The notes beneath the pieces were generated by a model that was not told the origin of the DNA, did not search any database, and worked only from the letters and a program-made list of their open reading frames with translations. A DNA stretch of 54,976 nt, taken from the NCBI GenBank assembly GCA_043718445.1, contig JAYSVR010000186.1, positions 1 through 54,976 on the forward strand, written 5' to 3'. This document shows, piece after piece, positions 27,993 through 36,776 of this stretch. The position numbers were made by a program, and so were the translations under genes. Position 1 is the first letter of the stretch; the number at the start of each line of letters is the position of its first letter. This DNA is from Acidobacteriota bacterium (lineage in GTDB: Bacteria; Acidobacteriota; Blastocatellia; RBC074).

Positions 27993-29120
27993 ATGACCGC
28001 TTCTATCACTGCCGCTGGCATCGAATGGCAGTTACCGCAACTCGTGCTAGAATCCGCCGCGTTGGCTCCTGCAATGTCACCTATTAACTTAGGCGCGACA
28101 ATGCCGGTCTACGAGTCAACCTACGAGGAATCAATGGTGACGACTGTTGCGGCGCGGGCTGTGCCAGAAAAAAAAGCAGAAACAAAAGCAGACGAATTCA
28201 CGTCGCGTTTTGCGCGTCAGTTGGCGACGTTGTGGCAAGGCGTCGCGCAGCGTTACGGCGTGACCGAAGCCGAATTCCGACAGCGCGTCGAACACGTGGT
28301 CACGCGTACCCTCGGCAAAGAAAACACCAACACTGATTGCACCGAATTATTCAACAGCCTGCGCGCCGACGAGCTCTGTATCGCGGTCGCCTGTGAGAAA
28401 GGCGAGAACACCGCGTGGCTGCATTTCGAGCGCGAATATAAACACGGTATGCAGGCCGCTGCGCGCGCGCTCACCAAAGACGACGCCGAAGCCGAAGACC
28501 TGACCCAATTTGTATACGGCGAGCTTTACGGCTTGCGCTTCGACGGCGACCGGCGCATCAGCAAGTTGCTGCATTATTCGGGGCGCGGTTCGTTAGGCGG
28601 TTGGTTGCGCGCCGTGATTTATCAGGCGTTCATTGACCGCAAGCGCCAAACGGCGCGCTTTGAGCAAGTCGAAGAAGTCGCAGATTTCGACCGCCTCGCC
28701 GCTAACAGCCACGAAGTTCTCAACGGCCTCAACGGACATCACGTATCGCTGCATTCGCCCATCGTTCAACCCGATGACATCGAAGACACGCGCTTGCGGC
28801 AGGCTTCAGAAGAAGCGATGCGCAAGGCTTTTGCCGCGCTCGAGGCCAAAGACCGGTTGATGCTGAACTATTACTATTTCGATGAGATGACGTTGCGCGA
28901 AATCGGTCTGCTGATGAACGTACACGAAGCGACGATCAGTCGCTGGCTCGCCAAGACGCAAAAGCAGGTAAAGAAAAAGACCGAAGACTTTTTGCAGAAG
29001 CTCTATGGCTTGCGTCGCGCTGAAATCGCTGAATGCATGGCGCTCGCCGCGCGTTCTGAAATTGATGTGCGCAAGTTGTTAGGCGAAGCGACGAAAGCCG
29101 CCGCCCAACCAGTACCCTGA
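27993..29120 (+). CDS. Sigma-70 family (ECF-like) RNA polymerase sigma factor with a long N-terminal extension
   Basis: Region 2-like DLTQFVYGELYG...GGWLRAVIYQAFIDRKR. Region 4 HTH reads DRLMLNYYYFDEMTLREIGLLMNVHEATISRWLAKTQKQV. The start is uncertain; the ATG at 27993 was chosen so the gene does not overlap cutC. Confidence 0.75.
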   Translation: MTASITAAGIEWQLPQLVLESAALAPAMSPINLGATMPVYESTYEESMVTTVAARAVPEKKAETKADEFTSRFARQLATLWQGVAQRYGVTEAEFRQRVEHVVTRTLGKENTNTDCTELFNSLRADELCIAVACEKGENTAWLHFEREYKHGMQAAARALTKDDAEAEDLTQFVYGELYGLRFDGDRRISKLLHYSGRGSLGGWLRAVIYQAFIDRKRQTARFEQVEEVADFDRLAANSHEVLNGLNGHHVSLHSPIVQPDDIEDTRLRQASEEAMRKAFAALEAKDRLMLNYYYFDEMTLREIGLLMNVHEATISRWLAKTQKQVKKKTEDFLQKLYGLRRAEIAECMALAARSEIDVRKLLGEATKAAAQPVP

Positions 29121-29220
29121 GAATAAGACTTCGTTATTGCAAGCAGCGGCTGGTCGGTCGTTCTGACCTACGACACACGCCGAAGAGTAATCCCCTTGTT
29201 ATTCTCACTGAGTTATCACC

Positions 29221-30642
29221 GTGGCAGATCAAACGAACAACTCCCAAAAGTTTTCTGAGCAAACGCCTTTCGACGTGGTGCTGAGTCGCCAATTGCGCGG
29301 CGCGGGCGAAGCTGCTTTGTCCAAAAGCAACGGCGCACTCTGCGCGACTTTCGATGCCGACACGGCCAACGCCTATCTCGAACGCGCCTTGTTCTCGACC
29401 GCCCAACAAACCTTTGAAGCGCACCTCGCCGATTGCACCGGATGCCGCCGCCACGTGACGGCGCTGATGATGCTCAACGCGCAACTGGCTCCCGCGCCAA
29501 TCGCCGAGCCAGCGCCGCGCGTGGTGGCGCAGCCTTCGCTATGGTCGCGTTGGACGAAGCAATACAACGAGTGGCGCGAGTCATTTGATTTGAACTGGGG
29601 ACTCGCCAGCGCTGGCGCGGCGCTGGCAGCGTTGCTGGTGACCTTCACGGTTTATCAATGGAATGGTCGTACTGCCCCCGCGACTTCGGCTGATGTCGCG
29701 CAGGTTTCGAATGCTCCCGCTCCGTCATCTGAGTTTCGCTCGGTTGAAGCCTCTCCTACTGAAAATGTATTTGCTGATAACGCGGCTGCGCCTCTGATGC
29801 AGGCCAATACCCTTGCGGCTGGCAATGCTTCCGCAGCGACTTCGCTGTTAGCGGAGAGAGCCGTGAGCGTTGTGCCTACGCCGCCGACCTTGCCCAACTT
29901 GGGCGAAGCGCGTCCGCAACTTACTCCGAATGGATTTGCGTCGAGCGCGCCTGCGCCGATGCGCGTGATTGATATTCCCGATGACGTAGTTGCGTTCAAC
30001 AGCGGGACGATCACTGCGCCGACCTTTCCGCTCACGTCGAGCCGCAATTTTTTTGGCGGCAACTTTACGTCAAATGGTGGTGGGCAAGTTATGCCCGTGT
30101 CGTTGGGCCATAACGGAGGCTTGCGGATGGGTTCTGAGTTACAGCCGACGGTGGGTTCGCTTAACGTAGTGAAAGACCAATTAGAGCGCCAGTCGCGTGT
30201 GGCAGATTTGGGAGCCAATGACTCGAACTCAAACACACTGGCTCGCGAAGAGGCCGATAAGAACAACGCCAAAGCAAGCAAAGCGGAACAGAGTCGTACG
30301 CGGGCGATTATCAATGCCTTGACCGGACAACGTTCTGCTTTGGGTTTCGTCGCGGGCAAAGGCGCAGAAGCGCGCACCAAAGAAGCTGAAAAGGCCGCTA
30401 CTGATGAACCGCTCGCCAAACCGATGGTGAAGCGCGTCAATGGGCACACCTTCTATTTCGAGCGCAGTTATTGGATTGATGAAAACTATCGCTCAGACAC
30501 GACGATGCCACTGGTGAAACTCACGCGGGGCACCGAACGCTATCAAAACCTGTTGATCGAGAACCCTACACTTGAACAGTTCTTCCAACTGGGCCAAGTC
30601 ATCGTGGTGTGGAAGGGCAAAGTATACGAAGTCAGGAAGTGA
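29221..30642 (+). CDS. Anti-sigma factor, zf-HC2 type, single TM, ~300-aa extracytoplasmic region
   Basis: HLADCTGCRRHV zinc-finger motif. TM helix WGLASAGAALAALLVTFTVYQW. GTG start. It lies immediately downstream of the sigma factor gene. Confidence 0.7.
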   Translation: MADQTNNSQKFSEQTPFDVVLSRQLRGAGEAALSKSNGALCATFDADTANAYLERALFSTAQQTFEAHLADCTGCRRHVTALMMLNAQLAPAPIAEPAPRVVAQPSLWSRWTKQYNEWRESFDLNWGLASAGAALAALLVTFTVYQWNGRTAPATSADVAQVSNAPAPSSEFRSVEASPTENVFADNAAAPLMQANTLAAGNASAATSLLAERAVSVVPTPPTLPNLGEARPQLTPNGFASSAPAPMRVIDIPDDVVAFNSGTITAPTFPLTSSRNFFGGNFTSNGGGQVMPVSLGHNGGLRMGSELQPTVGSLNVVKDQLERQSRVADLGANDSNSNTLAREEADKNNAKASKAEQSRTRAIINALTGQRSALGFVAGKGAEARTKEAEKAATDEPLAKPMVKRVNGHTFYFERSYWIDENYRSDTTMPLVKLTRGTERYQNLLIENPTLEQFFQLGQVIVVWKGKVYEVRK

Positions 30643-30677
30643 CGCTTCCGTGGCAGACGGTCAAGTGAAAAGAAAAA

Positions 30678-30717
30678 GGGGGAGCGTGAGATTTTATCTC
30701 TCACGCTCCCCTTTTTT
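30678..30717. terminator. Bidirectional rho-independent terminator between convergent genes
   Basis: aaaaa-ggggagcgtgaga-ttttatc-tctcacgctcccc-tttttt. Confidence 0.85.
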
Positions 30718-30757
30718 AGTTCTCAGTGACGTCTATCCTTGCCGAAAGTCTCGGCGC

Positions 30758-32131
30758 TCAGATGCGGCTGATGGACTCGAAGTATTTGACGAACATCTTG
30801 ATGCCGCCAGCAGTTTGTCCCCAATCGTAATTTTCGTTCTTTGCGTGGTAGCCGTGTTCGGGCAGGCTCAAGCCTAAGAACGTGAACGGCGCGCGCAGGT
30901 GTTTTTCCATCGTGACAATCGCACCAATCGAACCGCCTTCGCGTGTGAACGCTGGCGTCGCTTTGAAAGCGTATTTCATCGCATCGCTGGCGGCTTCGGC
31001 ATAAGGACCGGTGGAAGTGCCGAGGAAGGGTTCGAGTTTTTGAATCGCTTCGACTTTTACGTCGGGGTTGATGTTCGCTACGAAATCTTTGACCAGTTTG
31101 GCAATTTTATCGGGACGTTGTTTGTTGACCAGGCGGCAACTGATTTTAGCTTCGGCGCGATAAGGCACGATGGTCTTGACGCCGGGGCCGTTATATCCGC
31201 CCGAAATGCCGTGTACCTCAAACGTAGGCATTGCCATCACAGCTTTCAACACATCGGCTTCAGTCAGCATGTTCGCGCGCAGCGTTTTGAGTTCGTGCGC
31301 TTTTTGATAGCCCTTCGTGGTGAAGCCGGAATCAACGAAATTTTGTACTTCGGCTTTGGTCGGTTGCTGCACATCGTCATAAAAGCCGGGGATTTTTACC
31401 TTGCCGGTTTTCGCGTCGTAACACTGGCTGATAACTTGCGCGAGTTCGCCAATCGGATTGCGCGCCGCGCCGCCCACCAAACCTGAGTGAACGTCTTTGC
31501 CGTGGGTTTCGAGCTTAAACAAAAACGCCTGCAAACCGCGCAATCCATAAGGCACGGCGGGCTGTTTCCGCGAAATCCAGATCGTGTCCGACACCAGCAC
31601 CGAATCGGTTCTCAGATGGGCTTTGTTACGTTTGACGAAGTATTCAAAGTTCGGGCTGCCGATTTCTTCTTCAAGTTCCCAGACGAATTTGTAATTGAGC
31701 GGGATGCCTTGCTGAACCGCATAACGCACCGCGAGCATCGCCGTCAGCGCCGGGCCTTTGTCGTCGGTCGTGCCGCGCCCTTCATAACGGTCGCCGGTTT
31801 TGTGAAAGGTGAACGGCGCTTTGTGCCATTCCGACGGGTCGGCGGGCTGCACGTCGAGGTGGTTATAGATCGCCACCGTCGGATAACCGCGCCCCGTCGT
31901 GATCGAACCGAAACAAACCGGATTGCCCGGCGTGCGCACACATTCGGCTTGCGCTCCCATTGCGCGCAGGTATTGCGCCGCCGTCTCGCCGCACTTGACG
32001 ATGTCAGCGCGACGCTCTGGTTCGCTGCTGACGCTGGGGATTTCTACGAGTTGGGCGAGCTTCTCTTCAAACTCGGGGCGGACGCTTTTGATGTAAGCGT
32101 CTAAAGGTTGATACAGTGCATTCGTGTTCAT
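30758..32131 (-). CDS. M20 family metallopeptidase (dipeptidase / ArgE-DapE-CPG2 superfamily)
   Basis: [47 protein letters not shown]. Confidence 0.85.
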   Translation of the reverse strand: MNTNALYQPLDAYIKSVRPEFEEKLAQLVEIPSVSSEPERRADIVKCGETAAQYLRAMGAQAECVRTPGNPVCFGSITTGRGYPTVAIYNHLDVQPADPSEWHKAPFTFHKTGDRYEGRGTTDDKGPALTAMLAVRYAVQQGIPLNYKFVWELEEEIGSPNFEYFVKRNKAHLRTDSVLVSDTIWISRKQPAVPYGLRGLQAFLFKLETHGKDVHSGLVGGAARNPIGELAQVISQCYDAKTGKVKIPGFYDDVQQPTKAEVQNFVDSGFTTKGYQKAHELKTLRANMLTEADVLKAVMAMPTFEVHGISGGYNGPGVKTIVPYRAEAKISCRLVNKQRPDKIAKLVKDFVANINPDVKVEAIQKLEPFLGTSTGPYAEAASDAMKYAFKATPAFTREGGSIGAIVTMEKHLRAPFTFLGLSLPEHGYHAKNENYDWGQTAGGIKMFVKYFESISRI

Positions 32132-32315
32132 TCATGACTCCAATTGTGGCAACGGATTAACTACGCTGATAGGGCAGTGTCCGCGATAGTACGGTGTTGA
32201 CGCAAGCGCCGCGCGGCGTTTTTTTGCAAAAAACCGCGTTGAAAGAGTCATTGTTTCTGACAACACCACGATTAGCCCAACAAGAACCCAGATTTTCTGG
32301 GGATGAATTTTTGCT

Positions 32316-33542
32316 ATGACTGAAAAACTTTATTGGGGGAATTCGTCCCTGCTCAATTTTTCTGCGGTAGTTTCAGCCGTGTCGGAGGGCGATGCGCTTA
32401 CGTCGCTCGTGTTGAATCGCACGGCGTTTTACCCGGAAGGCGGCGGGCAGCCCGGCGATCTGGGCAAGCTGAACGGCGTACCGGTTACCGCCGTAACGAT
32501 AGCCGAAAACGACAGCATCAGACACGAGCTGGATGGTTTGCACGAATTCAAGGTGGGAATGGAAGTCAGTGGCGTTGTTGATGCCGCGCGGCGGCTTGAA
32601 ATGACCCAGCAACACACCGGCCAACACATCTTGTCGCAAGCCGCCTTTCAACTTTTCGGCGCAGAGACCAAAGGCTTTCGCATCACGGATGAAGTCACGC
32701 AAATTGACCTGACGCTCGAAGCCGATAATGCCGTCGTACCCGATGCCTTGCGCCGAGCCGAAGACCTCGCTAATCAAATCGTATTCGAGAATCGCGCTAT
32801 TCGTACTCACGAACTAACGCCCGACGAAGCCGCGAAACTGCCGTTGCGCAAAGAGAGTTTCATCACGGATTGCGTACGCATTGTCGAGATCGAAGATTTC
32901 GATTGGTCGCCGTGTGGCGGAACGCATGCGCAGCGCACGGGCGAGGTTGGATTGATCGCCGTGCGCAACTGGGAACGCGCCAAACAGATGGTGCGTGTCG
33001 AGTTCGTTTGCGGCGTGCGTGCGTTGCGCGATTACCGCGAAGCCAATCAGATCACGCGCGAGTTGGCGCGGAGCTTCACCGTTGGGCGCAGTGAAATTCA
33101 AGCAGCCGTCGCGCGCGTGCAGGACGAAAGCAAGCACTGGCAACGTCGTGCGCGTGCGTTAGCGACAATCGCCGCGCAAGTCGAAGCGGCGGCGTTGTGG
33201 GAAGCGGCTGACGAACACGACGGACGCCGCGTTGTGACGCACATTTTCACTGACCGCGATTTTGAAGAAGCTAAACTCATCGCGCATCGTTTAGTCGAAC
33301 ATTCGCAAACAGTAGCCTTGCTGGCGACGATTGAAAACGGCGCGGCGCGACTGGTCTTCGCGCGTTCGAGCGATGAGTTGCCAAATGCTTCTTTGGATAT
33401 GAATGCGTTGATGAAAGTCGCGTGTGAACGGCTGCAAGGGCGCGGCGGCGGCAAGCCCGATTTCGCACAAGGCGGCGGCAATGCGCCGACGGGTGTTGAT
33501 GCGTTGATAGATGTGCTGGCGGAACTGAAGGCGCGTGTCTGA
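32316..33542 (+). CDS. alaX: Alanyl-tRNA editing protein (AlaX-L type: tRNA_SAD editing core plus DHHA1-like C-terminus)
   Basis: HTGQHILSQA (HxxxH) and SPCGGTHA (CxxxH) zinc motifs. The C-terminus contains GRGGGKPDFAQGGG. Confidence 0.75.
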   Translation: MTEKLYWGNSSLLNFSAVVSAVSEGDALTSLVLNRTAFYPEGGGQPGDLGKLNGVPVTAVTIAENDSIRHELDGLHEFKVGMEVSGVVDAARRLEMTQQHTGQHILSQAAFQLFGAETKGFRITDEVTQIDLTLEADNAVVPDALRRAEDLANQIVFENRAIRTHELTPDEAAKLPLRKESFITDCVRIVEIEDFDWSPCGGTHAQRTGEVGLIAVRNWERAKQMVRVEFVCGVRALRDYREANQITRELARSFTVGRSEIQAAVARVQDESKHWQRRARALATIAAQVEAAALWEAADEHDGRRVVTHIFTDRDFEEAKLIAHRLVEHSQTVALLATIENGAARLVFARSSDELPNASLDMNALMKVACERLQGRGGGKPDFAQGGGNAPTGVDALIDVLAELKARV

Positions 33543-33556
33543 AGCAATCCATCCCC

Positions 33557-33612
33557 AAAAAAGAATGGGCTAAACAACTACGCGAAGAAGTTGTTTAGCC
33601 CATTCTTTTTTT
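33557..33612. terminator. Bidirectional terminator (perfect 23-bp stem including flanking A/T runs)
   Basis: aaaaaagaatgggctaaacaact-acgcgaag-agttgtttagcccattctttttt. It lies between alaX (+) and the bTHX gene (-). Confidence 0.85.
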
Positions 33613-33629
33613 GCCTTACAAAAAAATCG

Positions 33630-33758
33630 TTAGGCTTTTGCTTTCGCCATCGCTTTTGCTTTCGCGGCTTTGCGTATCTGCTTCGGGTTCTTGCGTGACT
33701 TGCCGTAGCTACTCACTGAAATCTTGCCTTTTTTCGTACGTTTATCGCCTCTGCCCAT
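33630..33758 (-). CDS. 30S ribosomal protein bTHX (42 aa); too short for the supplied ORF track
   Basis: My translation is MGRGDKRTKKGKISVSSYGKSRKNPKQIRKAAKAKAMAKAKA. It matches the THX N-terminal signature MG(K/R)GD(K/R)RT(K/R)(K/R)GKI...YGK.R. AAAGGAG RBS lies upstream. Confidence 0.8.
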   Translation of the reverse strand: MGRGDKRTKKGKISVSSYGKSRKNPKQIRKAAKAKAMAKAKA

Positions 33759-33798
33759 AGTTGGTTATCTCCTTTCTGTTTTTGTAATGCGTCATCGC

Positions 33799-34080
33799 CT
33801 AACGCGATTCTAGGACGCCGATACGGTTTTCATGATTGCGTAACATCTTGAAGGCCAACTCTGCCAACTCTTCGAGACGCAATTGTGACTTCAGAGCTTG
33901 GTCTAAAAGAATGTCGTAATGTTCCAGTCTGGTTTTGTGTTCGACCCGCATTTCTTCAATAAGTTGGTTGTGCCTGAGTTCCACTGCGCGGTTTTCTGTG
34001 GCTTGGGTTAAATCATTGGCGGCGAGCTTCAGCATGATTGCTTCAAGCTGTTTCAGTCGTTCCTGCGTTTCCTGATCCAT
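33799..34080 (-). CDS. Small coiled-coil protein, unknown function
   Basis: The ATG has AAAGGAAAG upstream. Heptad-like charged and Leu-rich sequence throughout. Confidence 0.55.
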   Translation of the reverse strand: MDQETQERLKQLEAIMLKLAANDLTQATENRAVELRHNQLIEEMRVEHKTRLEHYDILLDQALKSQLRLEELAELAFKMLRNHENRIGVLESR

Positions 34081-34151
34081 AACGGCTTTCCTTTCGAGTT
34101 GATGTTTGTGAGCAAAGTCATTCTATGAATCTCTCAGCGATGCGGCAAGGC

Positions 34152-35156
34152 TCACTTTTTCTTCGCCGTTTTTTTCGCAGGCTTGAGCGCGGGGTCAGGC
34201 AGGTAATTCACCTGCAAGTCATAGCTTTCGGCGAACTCTTTTTTCTTGCCGACCAGTCCGTAAAGTTTGAGTTGGTATTTGCCCGCCGTAATCGCGCGGC
34301 GCGCGAAGGTTAATGGAATGCTCGGCGAAGTGGATTTGAGCAACTTCTCGCTCCACGCAACGCCTTTGCCTTTGGGGTTGAGCAGTTCGACGAAATAGCT
34401 CTGAAAGCCTTTTTCCTGAAGCGCCGTCGTAGATTGCATGACCACGGTGAACAAGGCGTAGTTGTGCGGTACGTCAATCGTCGTGGCTTGGTCTTTTTTC
34501 GCCGGGTCGGTTTTGGCAGATGGATCAGCGGCGAGCTTGACTGACGCCGCGTCGAGCGTGACAAGCGGAGCGCCGAATTGCGGTTTCGAAAGTTGATTCA
34601 AGTCTTGCAACAGCCGCGCGTTTTCGCCCGCGAGCGAAGCCTGTTCGGTCAGGATGGCATCGGTTTGTTGCTGTTCCATCTGGTTTTGCAACTGGTTGAT
34701 CTGGGTCTTGGCTTCGTCAATGCGCGACTTGATGTCTTCGGCGGTTTCGGTTTTGGCGACTTGTTGTTGTTGCGTGAGGCGATGCTTGAGTACCTTGTTC
34801 TCGAAATAGAGCGCGCCTAACCACGTGCCGAGCGAGAGCGTCGCAATTGCGCAAGCCGTAAACACCACCGAGAGTTTCGGATAACGAACGAGAAAATCAA
34901 TCGCGCGCGCAAGGCGTGTCGGTTCAGTTGCTTCAGCCTGATGGTCGGCGGTCGTCAATGAACCTTGTTGTAAATGCCCTTGCTGCAACGACCCTTGCTG
35001 CAATGAAATGATCGCCGTTTCGGTTTTATCCGGTGGTGACAATGAAAGTGGGTTGGCGGATTCGTGCATGCCAGATTGGTGGATAAAAGCCGGTTGTTTC
35101 TCTTGCTTGCTCAGGTTCAACATCTTCAACAGCTTCAACATCGGGGTTTCAGTCAA
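34152..35156 (-). CDS. Single-pass membrane protein with coiled coil and a C-terminal beta-rich domain, unknown function
   Basis: TM helix LSVVFTACAIATLSLGTWLGALYF. Q-rich coiled coil (INQLQNQMEQQQ). LQQGSLQQGHLQQGS micro-repeat. The start is uncertain: TTG at 35156 or ATG at 35141. Confidence 0.6.
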   Translation of the reverse strand: MTETPMLKLLKMLNLSKQEKQPAFIHQSGMHESANPLSLSPPDKTETAIISLQQGSLQQGHLQQGSLTTADHQAEATEPTRLARAIDFLVRYPKLSVVFTACAIATLSLGTWLGALYFENKVLKHRLTQQQQVAKTETAEDIKSRIDEAKTQINQLQNQMEQQQTDAILTEQASLAGENARLLQDLNQLSKPQFGAPLVTLDAASVKLAADPSAKTDPAKKDQATTIDVPHNYALFTVVMQSTTALQEKGFQSYFVELLNPKGKGVAWSEKLLKSTSPSIPLTFARRAITAGKYQLKLYGLVGKKKEFAESYDLQVNYLPDPALKPAKKTAKKK

Positions 35157-35277
35157 CTAGGTAATTTATCGGCAAGCTGAATCGGTCAATGACGCCTGAT
35201 GTAAAGGCGTGTGGGGCGTGATGAATCAATGCTGGCCTGTCTATGAGGTAAGCGAGAGGATAAACAGCCGCGCGTTT

Positions 35278-36774
35278 TTAGACAAGCGCATAAACGTTTT
35301 GTTGTGCAAGTACGCGGCCTTCATCCGTCAACTTGTCTAAGTGCGCGCGTACCGAAAGCTCTGCGAGTTGATGCATCGCGGGCGCTACGTTGGTGTAAAC
35401 GGCTTGCACGATGGCGGGAATCGTTAGCGGTTCGTCGCGTAAGGCGTCAACGATTTTGGCTTCGCGGGTTAAACGGTGCGTGATGTATTCCTCAATCTTC
35501 GCGCGTGCGTCCGCAATCACTGGGCCGTGACCGGGCAGCAACGCGGTGAGTTTGGGCAACGCCAGATAACGTCGCAACGAAGCGAAGTAATCCGTCATAT
35601 TGCCTTCGGGCGGAGCGATGACGACGGTTCCTAAGCCTACGACACAATCGCCCGTGACGAGCGTACCGGTGCGTTCTTCGTGCAAGCTGAGATGGCCGCG
35701 CGCGTGGCCGGGCGTCCACAACGCGCGCAAACGCCATTCGAGTGAATTGCTTTGATTGCGCAAGACGATCAACTCATCGTCTTCGATCAAACGATCTACG
35801 CTGACTTCGCCGTTGATTTCACTGGCGGTCAGCCGATGCGCGGCGACAGGAATGCCGAAGCGTTCGGCCAAGTGCATTACGCCGCCGATGTGATCGGGAT
35901 GCAGGTGCGTAATGATGATTTCTTTGAACCGTCGGCCTTCAGCGAGAAAGCTTTCGACAATTAAATCGAAGCGCGCCTGTTCATCGGGATAAGGCGAACC
36001 CGGATCAACGATGACCATTTCTTCGCAGCCGATGAGATAGCAGTTCGTATGCGTCGCAGGCGGAATCGTAGGCGTACGCAGCGGCGCAATGAAAAAGCCT
36101 TCGCGCAACTCGACGCGCTGTTCCCAAAACTCGCGCGTAGCCTGCGTCGTGGCGTGCAGCCGTTCAGCGAAATCACTCGCGCCCTCTGTCAACGCCTGCA
36201 TCGCAGTGAGAATCGGCGTCACGATGAGCGTCTCGCCCTCTGTCCATCGTTGCAGTGCCTCTTGCGGTGCGAGCCATTCACCTTCGGCGAGTTCGCCTGT
36301 GATGATTTCGACTTCCTGTTCGTCATCGCCTTTTTCGGAAAGCCACACGGCAAAGAACCGCGTATTGAAACGACGCGGCGCGGGCGCAGGCGTACACCAC
36401 GTGGGCAGTTCGGTGAAACGTGCGAAATCGAGCGTCAATTGGTTTTGCGCTAACAAGTCGGCAAAGCTGATTTCATCGTTGAGCAAAGCGATTCGTAAGG
36501 AGCGGCGATGAGCGGCTGATAACGAGCCTGCTCCTCCAGCCAATAACAAGCCGGTTTCCTCGAATACCTCACGGATAGCGCAGGTGCGCAAGGCGGCAGC
36601 TTGATCGTTAGGCAGATGATAATCAGCTTCGTCCAAACGTCCGCCGGGAAAGGCGTGAAAGCCGCCGAGAAATTTGAGCGCGTGTGAACGCTTAACCCAA
36701 AACACTTGCGGATTGTCAGGGCGACGCAACAGCACGACGGCGGCGGCGTCAAAGGGTTGAGCGGTGTGATTCAT
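35278..36774 (-). CDS. Nudix hydrolase - MBL-fold metallo-hydrolase fusion protein
   Basis: N-terminal Nudix-like GGFHAFPGGRLDEAD...REVFEETGLLL. C-terminal IIITHLHPDHIGG, TPGHARGH and GHGPV motifs. Confidence 0.8.
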   Translation of the reverse strand: MNHTAQPFDAAAVVLLRRPDNPQVFWVKRSHALKFLGGFHAFPGGRLDEADYHLPNDQAAALRTCAIREVFEETGLLLAGGAGSLSAAHRRSLRIALLNDEISFADLLAQNQLTLDFARFTELPTWCTPAPAPRRFNTRFFAVWLSEKGDDEQEVEIITGELAEGEWLAPQEALQRWTEGETLIVTPILTAMQALTEGASDFAERLHATTQATREFWEQRVELREGFFIAPLRTPTIPPATHTNCYLIGCEEMVIVDPGSPYPDEQARFDLIVESFLAEGRRFKEIIITHLHPDHIGGVMHLAERFGIPVAAHRLTASEINGEVSVDRLIEDDELIVLRNQSNSLEWRLRALWTPGHARGHLSLHEERTGTLVTGDCVVGLGTVVIAPPEGNMTDYFASLRRYLALPKLTALLPGHGPVIADARAKIEEYITHRLTREAKIVDALRDEPLTIPAIVQAVYTNVAPAMHQLAELSVRAHLDKLTDEGRVLAQQNVYALV

Positions 36775-36776
36775 GA

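Noticed and set aside
29655-30449. 264-aa minus-strand ORF
   Set aside because: It is antisense to the anti-sigma factor gene. That gene is supported by its zf-HC2 motif, its TM helix and its position after the sigma factor gene.
30899-32104. Two plus-strand ORFs (195 and 205 aa)
   Set aside because: They are antisense to the M20 peptidase gene, which has clear family motifs and an RBS.
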